Below are positions 47,184-58,164 of a stretch of 64,000 nt of DNA, in pieces. Below the pieces are notes generated by a model. That model made no database searches, was not told the DNA's origin, and worked only from the letters and a program-made list of their open reading frames with translations. The position numbers were made by a program, and so were the translations under genes. This DNA comes from Vicinamibacterales bacterium (GTDB lineage: Bacteria > Acidobacteriota > Vicinamibacteria > Vicinamibacterales > UBA8438), in contig OZ252042.1 of assembly GCA_965247955.1 (NCBI GenBank), positions 2,266,559-2,330,558 of the forward strand, read 5' to 3'. Every line of letters begins with the position of its first letter. Within the stretch, counting starts at the first letter, position 1.

Positions 47184-47789
47184 GTGAGCAACGGAAAAAT
47201 TGGGCGGTTGGTCGTTGCTAGTCTTCATCAGGCGATTGGGGAGTGTCTGCCCACAAGACTTGAGTTCTACGAGTACTGGCTCGACACCCGTAAGTTAGGT
47301 AACGAGGCGATCGGCCGCACCCAACTTGCTACGACCTTAAGCTTCTTGCGGTACGAGAATGGCCAGTATGCTAAGGTCATCGCGCTCGCCGGGCGATACA
47401 CGGCGGACTGGACGGTCGAGTCCTGGTCTGGTCTTCGGCAAGCAAGCCTTCGGGGCCTTCCTTCCTTTGTGCGCCGCTGGATCGTGTTGAGAATGGCGGC
47501 TCGCGCTCTACGGCGTCTTGGTACTTCGCGCAAAGTGAGGTTGATCGGTCAGAATAACCTGGTGATGGCGGCGTTGTACGATTCGATCTTCTGCGATCCA
47601 CGTGTGTCGGTGTCGATGCCGCTCTGCGGGTTCTTCGAGTCAGCGTTCACGCGGTTCCTAGAGCATTTCGACCTCTTTGTCGACACTGAGATGACCCAAT
47701 GTCGTTCCGTCTACGGCGAACGATGTATCGTAATGATTCGGACACGGCAGAAGTCGGCATCGACCACATCAGAAATCGAGAGGACATGA
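47184..47789 (+). CDS. hypothetical protein, possible V4R-like domain
   Basis: 201-aa ORF with a GTG start. The C-terminal PLCGFFESAF...EMTQCRSVYGERCIVMI resembles the Cys pattern of V4R (4-vinyl reductase-like) domains. This assignment is tentative. Confidence 0.4.
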   Translation: MSNGKIGRLVVASLHQAIGECLPTRLEFYEYWLDTRKLGNEAIGRTQLATTLSFLRYENGQYAKVIALAGRYTADWTVESWSGLRQASLRGLPSFVRRWIVLRMAARALRRLGTSRKVRLIGQNNLVMAALYDSIFCDPRVSVSMPLCGFFESAFTRFLEHFDLFVDTEMTQCRSVYGERCIVMIRTRQKSASTTSEIERT

Positions 47790-49223
47790 TTGCATCGCGT
47801 TGACAGAGGTATGCCGCTTCGCTACGGTATGCGCAGGGTAAAGAGATTGAAGCGATTGCAAGTTAGTAGCCTGGGAATCACGTTGGTGCTGAGTCTGGTA
47901 GGTGCCTCCTTTCTCTGCACATTCGTGGCGATAGCACAGGACGACCCAAAGCGATCGGGACGAGTGATAGTTTACGTTGCCGACGTAGAGGCACTTATCC
48001 ATCCGATCTCCGCTGAGTTCATCAGCCAAACGATCGAACGAGCCGATGCTGGTGGCGCGGAGCTGGTCGTCTTCAACCTGCGCACCCCCGGGGGGCTAGT
48101 TGACTCCACCCGAACCATCAACAGCAGTATCATCGAGGCCGACACGCCGGTCGCCATCTTCGTTAGCCCGAGCGGTACCCGGGCTGCTTCAGCTGGCTTC
48201 CTTATCACAATCGCCGCCGACATTGCTGCAATGGCTCCTGGAACCCACATCGGTGCGGCGCACCCGGTATCTGGCACCGGCTCTCCTATGGACGAGACTA
48301 TGGCCGAAAAGGCTGCATCCGACGTGGCGGCCTACGCCCGGTCTCTCGCCAACCGTCGAGGGCGAAACGTTGATCTTGCGGAGAGCGCGGTGACTGAGAG
48401 CCAGTCGTTTACCGAGGAGGAAGCGCTCGAGGCTGAGCCGCCGCTCATCGATCTCATTGCCGATGATTTGAACGATCTTCTCGAACAACTCGACGGGCGC
48501 GAAATCACACGGTGGAATAGTGAGACCGTTGTACTGAATACGGCGAACGCCAAGATCGAAACTATCGCGATGACTTGGCGGCAGCAGCTGCTCAGTGCGA
48601 TCGCCCACCCGCAAGTGGCCGTTCTGCTGTTCAGCCTTGGGACGTTGGGTCTGACGATCGAATTGTGGAACCCAGGTGGCATTGTTCCAGGTGTAGTCGG
48701 CAGTGTATGTTTGCTACTAGCTTTCTTCGCCTTTCAGATTCTCCCGATCAACTACGTCGGGTTGCTTTTGATCTCGTTCGGCCTAGTGTTGTTGGTGCTC
48801 GAGACATTGACTCCCACATATGGCGTCTTGGCTGCTGGTGGGTTAACCAGTATGGTGCTGGGAGGGCTGATGCTCATGGACTCAGCGGCGCCGGAGCTTC
48901 AACTCGGCCTGCCGTTTATCCTGTCGACGATGTTGGCGCTCGGCGCGATCGTCGCATTTCTCGTCAGGCTGGTCGTACACGCCCAGCGATCACGCCCAAA
49001 GACGGGTCGTGCCGGGATGCTGGACGAGGTTGGGAAGGCGCTTGGCGCAATCGTCCCCGGCAGCTTCGGTCGGGTCTTGACACACGGTGAAATCTGGTCT
49101 GCCACGTCAGAGGAAGCGATTCACGCGGGCGAGCAGGTTCGGGTTGTCGACGTCGACGGCATGAAGCTGACGGTACGGCGAGACACCTCGACCCCGCCCG
49201 GAGGAACGTCGACATGGAACTAA
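47790..49223 (+). CDS. NfeD-family membrane-bound serine protease (ClpP-class)
   Basis: ClpP-like N-terminal domain (...[10 protein letters not shown]...SAGFLI...), central TM helices and a C-terminal NfeD OB domain. The start is uncertain (47790, 47811 or 47829). Confidence 0.8.
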   Translation: MHRVDRGMPLRYGMRRVKRLKRLQVSSLGITLVLSLVGASFLCTFVAIAQDDPKRSGRVIVYVADVEALIHPISAEFISQTIERADAGGAELVVFNLRTPGGLVDSTRTINSSIIEADTPVAIFVSPSGTRAASAGFLITIAADIAAMAPGTHIGAAHPVSGTGSPMDETMAEKAASDVAAYARSLANRRGRNVDLAESAVTESQSFTEEEALEAEPPLIDLIADDLNDLLEQLDGREITRWNSETVVLNTANAKIETIAMTWRQQLLSAIAHPQVAVLLFSLGTLGLTIELWNPGGIVPGVVGSVCLLLAFFAFQILPINYVGLLLISFGLVLLVLETLTPTYGVLAAGGLTSMVLGGLMLMDSAAPELQLGLPFILSTMLALGAIVAFLVRLVVHAQRSRPKTGRAGMLDEVGKALGAIVPGSFGRVLTHGEIWSATSEEAIHAGEQVRVVDVDGMKLTVRRDTSTPPGGTSTWN

Positions 49224-49969
49224 GCACACTGTTTATTTTTCTTATGATTCTCGCCCTGTATCTGGCTAGCTCGGTCAAGATTTTAAATGAGTACGAGCGA
49301 GCGGTTATCTTTCGGCTCGGTAAACTGTATCCTCGGCCCAAGGGGCCAGGCGTGATTCTCGTGTTTGCTCCGATTGATCGCATGGTGCGGGTTGGCTTGC
49401 GCACCATCGTGATGGACGTGCCTCCCCAGGACGTCATCACGAAAGACAATGTATCAGTCAAGGTCAATGCCGTTGTCTATTTTCGAGTCATGGAGCCGAA
49501 TCGGGCGATTGTCGAGGTCGAGAACTTTCACTATGCGACCTCGCAGCTTACCCAGACAACTCTTCGCAGCGTGCTGGGGCAGGTGGAGTTGGACGGGTTG
49601 CTCTCCGAGCGTGAGTCGCTGAATCAGAAACTCCAAGAGATTCTGGACACCCAAACCGATCCCTGGGGTGTTAAGGTGTCCGCGGTCGAGGTTAAGCATG
49701 TCGATCTTCCGGTAGACATGCAGCGAGCGATGGCTCGCCAGGCCGAGGCGGAACGCGAGAAGCGTGCTAAAATCATTCACGCAGATGGAGAGTTCATCGC
49801 GTCGCAGAAATTATCCGAGGCGGCTCACGTGCTCGGAACTCACCCACTCGGGGTGACCTTGCGTTACTTACAGACAGCGACGGAGATCGCCGGTGAAAAG
49901 AACTCAACGCTGGTGTTTCCGCTGCCGATCGATCTGATGGGCGCCTTTCTCGGCAAGAAAGAGACGTAG
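49214..49969 (+). CDS. SPFH/band 7 (stomatin-like, slipin) family protein
   Basis: [17 protein letters not shown]...[16 protein letters not shown]... It overlaps nfeD by 10 nt, the classic nfeD-stomatin operon. Confidence 0.9.
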   Translation: MELSTLFIFLMILALYLASSVKILNEYERAVIFRLGKLYPRPKGPGVILVFAPIDRMVRVGLRTIVMDVPPQDVITKDNVSVKVNAVVYFRVMEPNRAIVEVENFHYATSQLTQTTLRSVLGQVELDGLLSERESLNQKLQEILDTQTDPWGVKVSAVEVKHVDLPVDMQRAMARQAEAEREKRAKIIHADGEFIASQKLSEAAHVLGTHPLGVTLRYLQTATEIAGEKNSTLVFPLPIDLMGAFLGKKET

Positions 49970-49995
49970 AAGGCAGGTCGCCCAGGTTTTCCCGC

Positions 49996-50787
49996 ATGGT
50001 TCCTGCAACCTCGAGCGACGTCACCCCGAGCGCAAAACAGCTCGTTTTTCTCTTCATGGCGGCGACTGTTGTTGCGGTTGTTGTGTTCTTGTGCGGTGTA
50101 TTAGTCGGGCGTAGGGTTCCGTTGCGACTACTAGGGGATCCGATCACCGTCGGTTTAGACGGCGCCTCCATGCTGGAGGATCGGTCGGCAGTTATCTGGT
50201 CGTCCGCTGGCGGTCTCTCTGTGGCGGCTGAGTCCGGCGAAGACCTGACCTACTACAACCGGCTGGAGAGTGACGAACACGTTGTCGAGTCGCTCCGCGG
50301 CCTGCCAGACTCCGTTCCTACCGTTTCCGCTGAGACATCAGATCCGGTCGACGAGCCGCTTGCCCAGCCCTTCTCACTTGCGGAGTCCATGATACGGGTA
50401 GAAGGGTCTGATATAGCTGCTGAGTCTTCCCCGCCCACCGAACCTAATCACACGAAGCCAACATCGGTCCGGGAGTTGGCCTCTGAGGAGGCGGTGTCAC
50501 TGGCTACGACGCGTCAATCAGATGTGTCAAGCTCGACCACCACGAATCGCTCAGAGCAAGGCTTTGCGGTGCAGGTGGCGGCCTATCGCGAACGCGCGAT
50601 CGCCCGGCGAATAGCCAACAATCTGGCGGACAAGGGTTTCCCGACGTTTGTCGTCTATCCTACTCCGGACGCGCCGGTAGCCGTCTACCGCGTGCGCGTA
50701 GGTCCGTACGGTGACCGGCAAGAAGCCGAACGAATCCGCCAGCGCCTTGAACGCGAAGAACAACTCAAACCCTGGGTCACACGGTAA
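49996..50787 (+). CDS. SPOR domain-containing membrane protein
   Basis: N-terminal TM helix, a low-complexity linker, and a C-terminal FAVQVAAYRERAIARRIANNLADKGF...YRVRVGPYGDRQEAERIRQRL SPOR domain. Confidence 0.8.
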   Translation: MVPATSSDVTPSAKQLVFLFMAATVVAVVVFLCGVLVGRRVPLRLLGDPITVGLDGASMLEDRSAVIWSSAGGLSVAAESGEDLTYYNRLESDEHVVESLRGLPDSVPTVSAETSDPVDEPLAQPFSLAESMIRVEGSDIAAESSPPTEPNHTKPTSVRELASEEAVSLATTRQSDVSSSTTTNRSEQGFAVQVAAYRERAIARRIANNLADKGFPTFVVYPTPDAPVAVYRVRVGPYGDRQEAERIRQRLEREEQLKPWVTR

Positions 50788-52311
50788 GTGGTAGGGATTC
50801 TCCTTTCCGTGCTCTCCGGCACGCTGCTCGCGCTCAGCTTTCCGAATAGCGGTCATCCTGTCTTTGCTTGGCTCGCGCTCGTGCCGTTGCTCGTTGCCGT
50901 TGGCCGAACCGCGTCGTCGCTTAGGGCATTTTATTTCGGTTTAATTACCGGCGTCGTGCACTTTGCAGGCACGTTGTATTGGATCGGCGAGGTAATGGTC
51001 GAATACGGTGGCGTATCACGACCGGTCGCCTTGTTTGTCCACTTACTACTGATTGCCTATCTCGCGATCTTTCCAGCGCTCTTTGCTCTGGCGATTAGTG
51101 TCCTCTGCCGGCGACTGGGTCCGGGAGGTCTTCTGTACGCACCGGCCGTCTGGGTAACGACCGAGCTTGGCCGTCTATATCTCTTCACTGGGTTTCCGTG
51201 GGAATTGCTGGGATACAGCCAGACACCAGTGTTGCCGATCGCACAGGTGGCTAGTTTAGTGGGTGTACTTGGTGTCTCGGCACTCGTGGTGTTGGTCAAC
51301 GGCGCGTTGGCGTATGCGGTAATGGCTGAGGGCGCTCGGCGCTGGCGCCCGATGATCGCGGTGACCATTTTGATGATTGCGAGTAGTACGTACGGCGCCT
51401 GGCGCATCTTCGATGGCGCACTGGGGTCGGCCGGCACGCCGTTACGTGTGGCGGCCATACAGGGAAATATCCCGCAGTCCGACAAATGGAATCCCTTGCT
51501 CAAGGACACAATCTTGAGCAACTACCTTACGCTGACACGTCAGGCTGCTGAGCAGGGGGTTGATCTAATTGTTTGGCCGGAGGCAGCGACGCCATTCATT
51601 TTTGAAAGTGATGTTGCTCGGAGTGATGAGATTCGGGCCGTGGCCAGAGAAACGGGCGTGCACCTGTTGATCGGAAGCACGGCGATCACCAGGGAACCGG
51701 AGATTCGATATTACAATTCGGCTGTTATGGTGGATAGCCATGGCACGACGGCCGGCGTTTATTTCAAGCAGCACCTGGTGCCGTTCGGCGAGTACGTGCC
51801 ACTGCGGCGTGCTGCGTTCTTCGTGTCACCGTTTGTCGAGGCGATCGGCGACTTTTCGGCCGGTACTAGATCTCAGACCTTGTCTCTAGCTGGACAGCCG
51901 ATCAGCACGGCAATCTGTTACGAGATCATCTATCCTGAACTGGTGCGTGGGTTTGTCAGAAACGGCAGCCGGTTGCTCACGACAGTCACGAACGACGCTT
52001 GGTACGGTCGGACAGCGGCTCCGCATCAGCATTTCCAACAGGCAACGATGCGCGCCATCGAACACGGGCGATTCCTGGTTCGTGCCGCGAACACTGGGAT
52101 CAGCGGCATCATTGATCCGTACGGTCGCGTGCTGACCCGAACACCCCTGTTCAAAACCGAGGTTGTGACGGCAGATGTTAGATTACTAGACGGGCTTACA
52201 CTTTACGCGCGGATCGGCGATGTGTTGGCGTACGCTTGTGGGCTTCTGACCGTTGTGATGATGTGGTTGACTAGAGGAGTCGTAACAACCACAGACGGAG
52301 GAGACTCGTGA
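50788..52311 (+). CDS. lnt: apolipoprotein N-acyltransferase
   Basis: Multi-TM N-terminal half plus a CN-hydrolase domain (...WPEAA..., ...ICYE..., ...NDAWYG). GTG start directly after the SPOR gene stop. Confidence 0.9.
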   Translation: MVGILLSVLSGTLLALSFPNSGHPVFAWLALVPLLVAVGRTASSLRAFYFGLITGVVHFAGTLYWIGEVMVEYGGVSRPVALFVHLLLIAYLAIFPALFALAISVLCRRLGPGGLLYAPAVWVTTELGRLYLFTGFPWELLGYSQTPVLPIAQVASLVGVLGVSALVVLVNGALAYAVMAEGARRWRPMIAVTILMIASSTYGAWRIFDGALGSAGTPLRVAAIQGNIPQSDKWNPLLKDTILSNYLTLTRQAAEQGVDLIVWPEAATPFIFESDVARSDEIRAVARETGVHLLIGSTAITREPEIRYYNSAVMVDSHGTTAGVYFKQHLVPFGEYVPLRRAAFFVSPFVEAIGDFSAGTRSQTLSLAGQPISTAICYEIIYPELVRGFVRNGSRLLTTVTNDAWYGRTAAPHQHFQQATMRAIEHGRFLVRAANTGISGIIDPYGRVLTRTPLFKTEVVTADVRLLDGLTLYARIGDVLAYACGLLTVVMMWLTRGVVTTTDGGDS

Positions 52312-53451
52312 CAGTAGCACTAGACGAACAGATTCGACGCTATCAAGACCTTGTGAAACGCGCCGGCGCCTTGCGGAGCTATCTTTGACGCAGCCAGTCC
52401 AGCCGATGAGCTCGCGGAGCTCGAGCAACGAGCGGCCGCACCTGATTTGTGGAGCGATCCAGCCGAGGCTCAGCGCGTCCTCAAACGGCGGCGCCGACTT
52501 CAGGAAGATCATGACTTCGTTGTCTTCCTGAAACAACGCCATGACGACCTGGCGGTCTTGGTCGACTGGGCCAATCATGGAGAGAACGTTGGTGATGATC
52601 TCGCGAAGGCCCTCGACGATCTCTCAGCTGCAGTCGAGACTGCTGAGATCAAAAAAATGCTCGGTGGGGAGCACGACCAGCGAAATGCGATCGTCTCGGT
52701 CCATCCAGGCGCTGGCGGTACTGAGTCTCAAGATTGGGCCGAGATGCTGCTACGGATGTACGTCCGGTGGATCGAGCGGAAGGGCTTCAAGGGTGATGTG
52801 ATCGATCTGCAACCGGGCGATGAGGCTGGGATCAAGAACGCCACGCTGACTGTCACGGGAGAGTATGCGTACGGCCTGCTGTTGGCTGAAGCTGGTGTTC
52901 ATCGGTTGGTTCGCATTTCGCCGTTCGACCAGGCTGCACGTCGCCATACCTCTTTTGCGTCAGTTTTCGTCTGGCCGGAACTGCCGGACGATGTAGAGGT
53001 CGAACTTGAGGACAAGGATCTGCGAATTGATACCTACCGTTCGAGTGGGGCCGGTGGTCAACACGTCAACGTGACCGATTCAGCAGTTCGCATTACGCAT
53101 TTACTAACCGGGATCGTCGTCTCCTGTCAGAATGAGCGTTCCCAGCATCGCAACCGAGACGCGGCCATGCGCGTATTACGAGCGCGTCTCTATGACTTGA
53201 GGCTCAAGGAACAACGGGAGCAACTTGAACAAATCGGTGGCGAGAAGAAAGACATTGCCTTCGGCAGCCAGATTCGCAGCTATGTGGTGCACCCGTATCA
53301 GATGGTCAAGGATCACCGGACTAAGGTGGAGATAGGTAATGTTGACCGAGTTCTAGATGGCGATCTGGATGGATTTATCAAGACCTATTTGATGCAGAAA
53401 GCGTCAGGGACGCTTGGGGTAAGGGAGGAGGAGGAAAAAACTAATAAATAG
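52308..53451 (+). CDS. prfB: peptide chain release factor 2, requiring a programmed +1 frameshift at 52383..52389
   Basis: Frame 0 starts at GTG 52308 (overlapping the lnt stop as GTGA) and reads 26 codons ending CTT, then TGA at 52386..52388. Shifting +1 at CTT-T-GAC continues DAASPADELAELEQRAAAPDLWSDPAEAQ... into ORF 52447..53451, which contains the SPF and GGQ motifs. Confidence 0.9.
52375..52389 (+). promoter_or_regulatory. prfB autoregulatory +1 frameshift signal
   Basis: GGAGC TAT CTT TGA C: an internal SD-like GGAG, then the slippery CTT followed by a TGA-C stop context, as in other bacterial prfB genes. Confidence 0.85.
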
Positions 53452-53472
53452 CGGGTGACAGGAATACTAAGG

Positions 53473-53489
53473 TTTGCACGACGTGCAAA
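53473..53489. terminator. palindromic hairpin between convergent prfB and PBP1A genes
   Basis: TTTGCACG-A-CGTGCAAA is a perfect palindrome flanked by A/T runs. The geometry is not that of a canonical terminator. Confidence 0.25.
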
Positions 53490-53521
53490 AATCGAAAAAT
53501 CTACCGGTTTGCTCCTACGTT

Positions 53522-55861
53522 CTATCTACTGAACGCGGTTCCTGGTTCAGTTCCTGCGATAAACGCTTCCTGGATTGCCCCACCGGCCCAAGGTTCGGTC
53601 ACCGCACCGGTCAACGGATCGACCGAAGTGAAGATGATATTTGCCGGTGGAACGAAGCCCTCAGGTGCCGGGCGGTCGTCTATGTAGTCCTGGATGAATT
53701 CCATCCAGATCGGTAAAGCGACTCGAGATCCCTCTTCCCCTTCGCCCAGCGTGCGCTTTGTATCGTAGCCAACCCAGACGCCGACTGTGATCTCTGGGTC
53801 AAAACCGACAAACCACGCGTCGGTGTATTCGTCCATTGTTCCTGTCTTTCCACCGAGAGGCCATGGGATCCAGGCGGCTCTGATCCCGGTACCACGTTCA
53901 ATCACTCCGTGAAGCAGGTTGACCATGATGTAGGCGGTGTCGGCGTGTAAAGCGTCCTGAGGCACCGGGTGTGTTTCTTCGAGTGTGTTCCCTTGCCGGT
54001 CGAGAATGCGTTCGATCCGGTAAGGGTTCATCCGAATGCCACCGTTTGGGAAAACTGAGTAGGCGTTGGTAACCTCAAGCAGGGTCGCCTCTGCTGATCC
54101 GAGCGCCACCGACAGGAACGGTGGAATCGCCGAAGTGAAGCCGAGGCGTCTCGCGAAGGCGATAACCGTTTCAGGTCCGATTTCGTTCATAAGCCAGACC
54201 GCTGGTACATTTCGAGACTTTTCGAGTGCCCGCCGTAGAGGAATTGGACCTTCGTAGATGTTCCCATGGTTTACCGGTTCGTAGTAATCCTGATCGGGGC
54301 CGACATCGTAGCTGACCGGTTCGTCAAGAACAATTGAAGTCGTCGTGTAGCCCTGATCGATCGCGGCAGCGTAGAGCACTCCTTTAAACAGCGATCCGAG
54401 TTGTCGATGCGCCTGGGTGGCGCGATTAAATTTACTTCGCTCGAAATCGAACCCGCCGACCATGGCAAGAACGCGGCCTGTTCGATTCTCGAGTGCGAGC
54501 AGTGCAACTTCAACCTCTGGTTCTTGATCTAATTCGACTGTGGCCAATTCTTGAGCAACATCGTCTGGTAGTGTGGTGACAGACACTTCGATGAGGTCGC
54601 CTGGCTTTACCAGTTCAGTTGCGGTTGGAATGGGCGCACCCGGATACGGTCGTGTCCAGGCAAAGCCGTCTTTAGTAATTCGATCTTTTGGGCTGATGTT
54701 GGCGGTGTGGCTCGCGAACCGAACGTTGATCGTGTCGTCATCAATGCCGATCACGACGGCTGGCACAATATCGCCTGGATTGATGGTGTAACTCCAGCGG
54801 TCGTGCCGGAAGTCTTCAAGGCTTTTGCCTTCAGTCAAGACGTTTCGCGTGGGTGTTCTAAAGCCGCGCCGTTTGTCAAAAGCGCGAAGCCCATCTGAGA
54901 CCGCTCGGCTTGCGATCCGCTGAAGATTGACATCGAGTGTTGAACGGACAACAAGGCCATCTTCGTACAGACGCTGTGCACCGTACTCTCGTTCGAGATG
55001 CTGGCGGACCTCTTCCACGAAATAGGGGGCGATCGAATCAGTGCGTCGAGTGCGACGGGCAAGCTGAATCGGCTTACGCATCGATTTGGTTGCCTGTTCC
55101 TTCGTGATATAGCCTTCATCAGCCATGCGTTGGAGCACGTAATTCCTGCGAGACGTTGCCCGTTGCATGTTGACGAGCGGGCTCTGCCGACTGGGCGTCT
55201 GAATGATGCCTGCAAGCACCGCAGCTTCTTCGAGTTCCAAGTCCTTCGCAGACTTACCAAAGTAAGTACGCGCTGCCGCCTCTACACCGTAGGCGCCACT
55301 GCCCCAGTAGATCTGGTTGCAGTAGAGGGTAAGGATCTCGCGTTTCGTATAACGCTTCTCAATGTGGAACGTGTGGTAGGCCTCTTTAATCTTACGCTGT
55401 ACCGTTTTGAGTCCCCCAAGCGTTTGTCCTCCGATGGATATCCGCCTTGCTAGCTGCTGAGTTAGCGTGCTGGCACCGCGGAGTTCTTGCCGTAGCACGT
55501 CGCGAATGATAGTGACTACGATACGCGGGATACTGACGCCGACGTGTTTAAAGAACGTAGAGTCCTCTGCCGAGATGATGGCGTTGCGTAGGACCTCTGG
55601 AATGTCGTCATAGCTGATGATTACGCGCCGCTCGGTAGCAAACTCGCCAATAACCTCGCCGCCGCGCGCGTAGACTCTTGTGATGGTGTTCGGTGCGTAG
55701 TCATCGAGATCTGAGATCTCCGGAAGGTCAGGCGAATAAGCGAATAGCACTCCGCTGACGACTCCCAGTACGGCGGCTGCGGCGAAAAGACCGATGGTCG
55801 TAGCCTGACGAGCGAGCAGGTTCGAGGTTCTGTTCTTCCGTCCGGGTTTAGGTAACGCCAC
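53522..55861 (-). CDS. mrcA: penicillin-binding protein 1A (bifunctional transglycosylase/transpeptidase)
   Basis: GT51 motifs (EDSTFFKHVG, RKIKE), transpeptidase motifs SLFK and KTGT, and an N-terminal membrane anchor. Confidence 0.9.
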   Translation of the reverse strand: MALPKPGRKNRTSNLLARQATTIGLFAAAAVLGVVSGVLFAYSPDLPEISDLDDYAPNTITRVYARGGEVIGEFATERRVIISYDDIPEVLRNAIISAEDSTFFKHVGVSIPRIVVTIIRDVLRQELRGASTLTQQLARRISIGGQTLGGLKTVQRKIKEAYHTFHIEKRYTKREILTLYCNQIYWGSGAYGVEAAARTYFGKSAKDLELEEAAVLAGIIQTPSRQSPLVNMQRATSRRNYVLQRMADEGYITKEQATKSMRKPIQLARRTRRTDSIAPYFVEEVRQHLEREYGAQRLYEDGLVVRSTLDVNLQRIASRAVSDGLRAFDKRRGFRTPTRNVLTEGKSLEDFRHDRWSYTINPGDIVPAVVIGIDDDTINVRFASHTANISPKDRITKDGFAWTRPYPGAPIPTATELVKPGDLIEVSVTTLPDDVAQELATVELDQEPEVEVALLALENRTGRVLAMVGGFDFERSKFNRATQAHRQLGSLFKGVLYAAAIDQGYTTTSIVLDEPVSYDVGPDQDYYEPVNHGNIYEGPIPLRRALEKSRNVPAVWLMNEIGPETVIAFARRLGFTSAIPPFLSVALGSAEATLLEVTNAYSVFPNGGIRMNPYRIERILDRQGNTLEETHPVPQDALHADTAYIMVNLLHGVIERGTGIRAAWIPWPLGGKTGTMDEYTDAWFVGFDPEITVGVWVGYDTKRTLGEGEEGSRVALPIWMEFIQDYIDDRPAPEGFVPPANIIFTSVDPLTGAVTEPWAGGAIQEAFIAGTEPGTAFSR

Positions 55862-56177
55862 GCTATATCCTCTAATCCATTAATTCTATACAGACTTCTT
55901 ATGGATATTTTCACGCTTTGTGCTCAGCTGAGAGATGACAAGTGGAGGACTTAAATCATATAACTATTTATTTTACATAATGTTGGAAGGATAGACTAGC
56001 GCGACAAGTATGGTATGGGGTCATGCTGTTGTGGTATCAGCAGCACCATATCGATAATGCAAACGTGACGCTTAGCGACTCATATTTTATACTTTAGTAT
56101 GTCGTAGGGCGGTCACAGGAGACCGGCCGATTTAGGCTGTTCAACCGCCGGGCTGAGCGGGCCAGGGATGAGGTGAA

Positions 56178-58115
56178 ATGAGCAAGATTATCGGTATCGA
56201 CTTAGGAACTACTAATTCCGTCGTGGCGGTCATGGAAGGCGGTGAACCGACTGTAATCACGAATCCCGAAGGGCACCGTCTGACGGCGTCGGTTGTGGCA
56301 TTTGCCAAAGGTAATGAACGGCTTGTCGGCCAGGTGGCCAAACGTCAAGCGGTGACCAACCCGGAGAACACGGTGTTTTCCATTAAACGGTTCATGGGGC
56401 GCCGCTACGACGAGGTTAACGAGGAAATGAAGATGGTTCCCTATCCGGTGATCGAAGCGTCAAACGGCGACGCTAGGATCAAGGCCGGGGGAAAGGAATA
56501 TCCGCCACCTGAAATCTCAGCGATGATTCTGCAGAAGCTGAAGCAGGCAGCGGAGGAGTACCTGGGTCAGGAGATCAAGGAAGCGGTCATTACCACGCCG
56601 GCGTATTTTAACGACGCCCAGCGGCAGGCGACGAAGGACGCGGGCCAGGTCGCCGGTCTCGAGGTGAAGAGGATCGTGAACGAACCGACCGCAGCGGCGT
56701 TAGCTTACGGGCTCGATAAGAAGAAGGACGAGACGATTGCCGTTTATGATTTCGGCGGTGGCACGTTCGATATCTCGATCTTGGAAGTGGGTGAGGGTGT
56801 GGTCGAGGTGAAAGCAACCAACGGCGACACGCATCTCGGGGGCGACAATCTAGACCATCGAATTATCGACTGGATCGTCGAGGAGTTCAAGAACGACGAA
56901 GGGATCGATCTTAGCAATGACCGGATGGCGTTCCAACGCCTTAAGGAAGGGGCGGAGAAGGCGAAAATGGAGTTGTCGAGTGTTATGGAGTCTGAGATTA
57001 ACCTACCCTTTATTACCGCTGATTCAGCTGGTCCGAAGCACCTGCAGAAGAAGCTAACGCGGGCAAAGTTTGAAGCGCTGGTCGATGATTTACTTCAGAA
57101 GACGGTCGAACCGGTCAAGCGAGCGCTGGCCGACGCCGGTCTCGAGCCCTCGAAGATCGACGAAGTCGTGCTCGTAGGTGGGTCTACTCGGATACCAAAG
57201 GTGCAGGAGATCGTTAAGGGATTATTCGGAAAGGACCCGCACAAAGGGGTCAACCCGGACGAGGTCGTGGCGATCGGCGCGGCAGTTCAGGCCGGTGTGC
57301 TGGCCGGCGAAGTCAAGGATCTGCTCCTGCTTGACGTCACCCCGCTCTCGCTGGGCATAGAGACGCTAGGTGCTGTGCACACGACGTTGATCTCACGGAA
57401 TACCACCATTCCCACGCACAAGAGCGAGATCTTTTCGACGGCCGCCGACAGCCAAACGAGTGTCGAGGTGCACGTCCTACAAGGCGAGCGCCCGATGGCT
57501 AAGGACAACCGGACACTTGGCAAGTTCCATCTGGTTGGGATCCCTTCAGCGCCGCGCGGAATGCCCCAAATCGAAGTTGCGTTCGACATCGATGCTAATG
57601 GAATTGTTAATGTGTCGGCTAAGGACCTGGGAACCGGGAAGGAGCAGAAGATCACCATTACTGCGTCCAGTGGCCTCAGCAAGGATGAGGTCGAGCAAAT
57701 GATGAAGGAAGCCGACTCACACGCTGAAGAGGATAAGCATCGCAAGGAAGAAGTTGAGACGTACAACAAAGCCGACCAGGCGGTGTACGCCGCCGAGCGG
57801 ATGATTCAGGATGCCGGAGATAAACTCTCTGCGGCCGACAAGGAGCCGATCGAAAACGCAATTGCCGTCCTGAAGAAGGCGATCGAGGATACTGATCTAC
57901 AAGCGGTCACTACGGCCATGGAGCAGCTGAATACGACGCAGCACAAGGCAGCTGAAGAGCTCTATAAACAAACTGAGGCGGAGACTGAGTCCCAGACGCC
58001 GCCGTCTGGAGACAGCAGCGAAAGTAAAACAGAAGCTGGTTCCACGGGCGGTGGCGACGGCGAGGTAATCGACGCGGAGGTTGTCGAAGACGACAAAAAG
58101 CCAGAACGGAAGTAA
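56178..58115 (+). CDS. dnaK: molecular chaperone DnaK
   Basis: [18 protein letters not shown] and full-length Hsp70 similarity. GAGGTG RBS. Confidence 0.97.
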   Translation: MSKIIGIDLGTTNSVVAVMEGGEPTVITNPEGHRLTASVVAFAKGNERLVGQVAKRQAVTNPENTVFSIKRFMGRRYDEVNEEMKMVPYPVIEASNGDARIKAGGKEYPPPEISAMILQKLKQAAEEYLGQEIKEAVITTPAYFNDAQRQATKDAGQVAGLEVKRIVNEPTAAALAYGLDKKKDETIAVYDFGGGTFDISILEVGEGVVEVKATNGDTHLGGDNLDHRIIDWIVEEFKNDEGIDLSNDRMAFQRLKEGAEKAKMELSSVMESEINLPFITADSAGPKHLQKKLTRAKFEALVDDLLQKTVEPVKRALADAGLEPSKIDEVVLVGGSTRIPKVQEIVKGLFGKDPHKGVNPDEVVAIGAAVQAGVLAGEVKDLLLLDVTPLSLGIETLGAVHTTLISRNTTIPTHKSEIFSTAADSQTSVEVHVLQGERPMAKDNRTLGKFHLVGIPSAPRGMPQIEVAFDIDANGIVNVSAKDLGTGKEQKITITASSGLSKDEVEQMMKEADSHAEEDKHRKEEVETYNKADQAVYAAERMIQDAGDKLSAADKEPIENAIAVLKKAIEDTDLQAVTTAMEQLNTTQHKAAEELYKQTEAETESQTPPSGDSSESKTEAGSTGGGDGEVIDAEVVEDDKKPERK

Positions 58116-58164
58116 TAATCGCGTAGTAATTAAGGATGACCCCGGCGATAGCGGAGGTGAGTAA

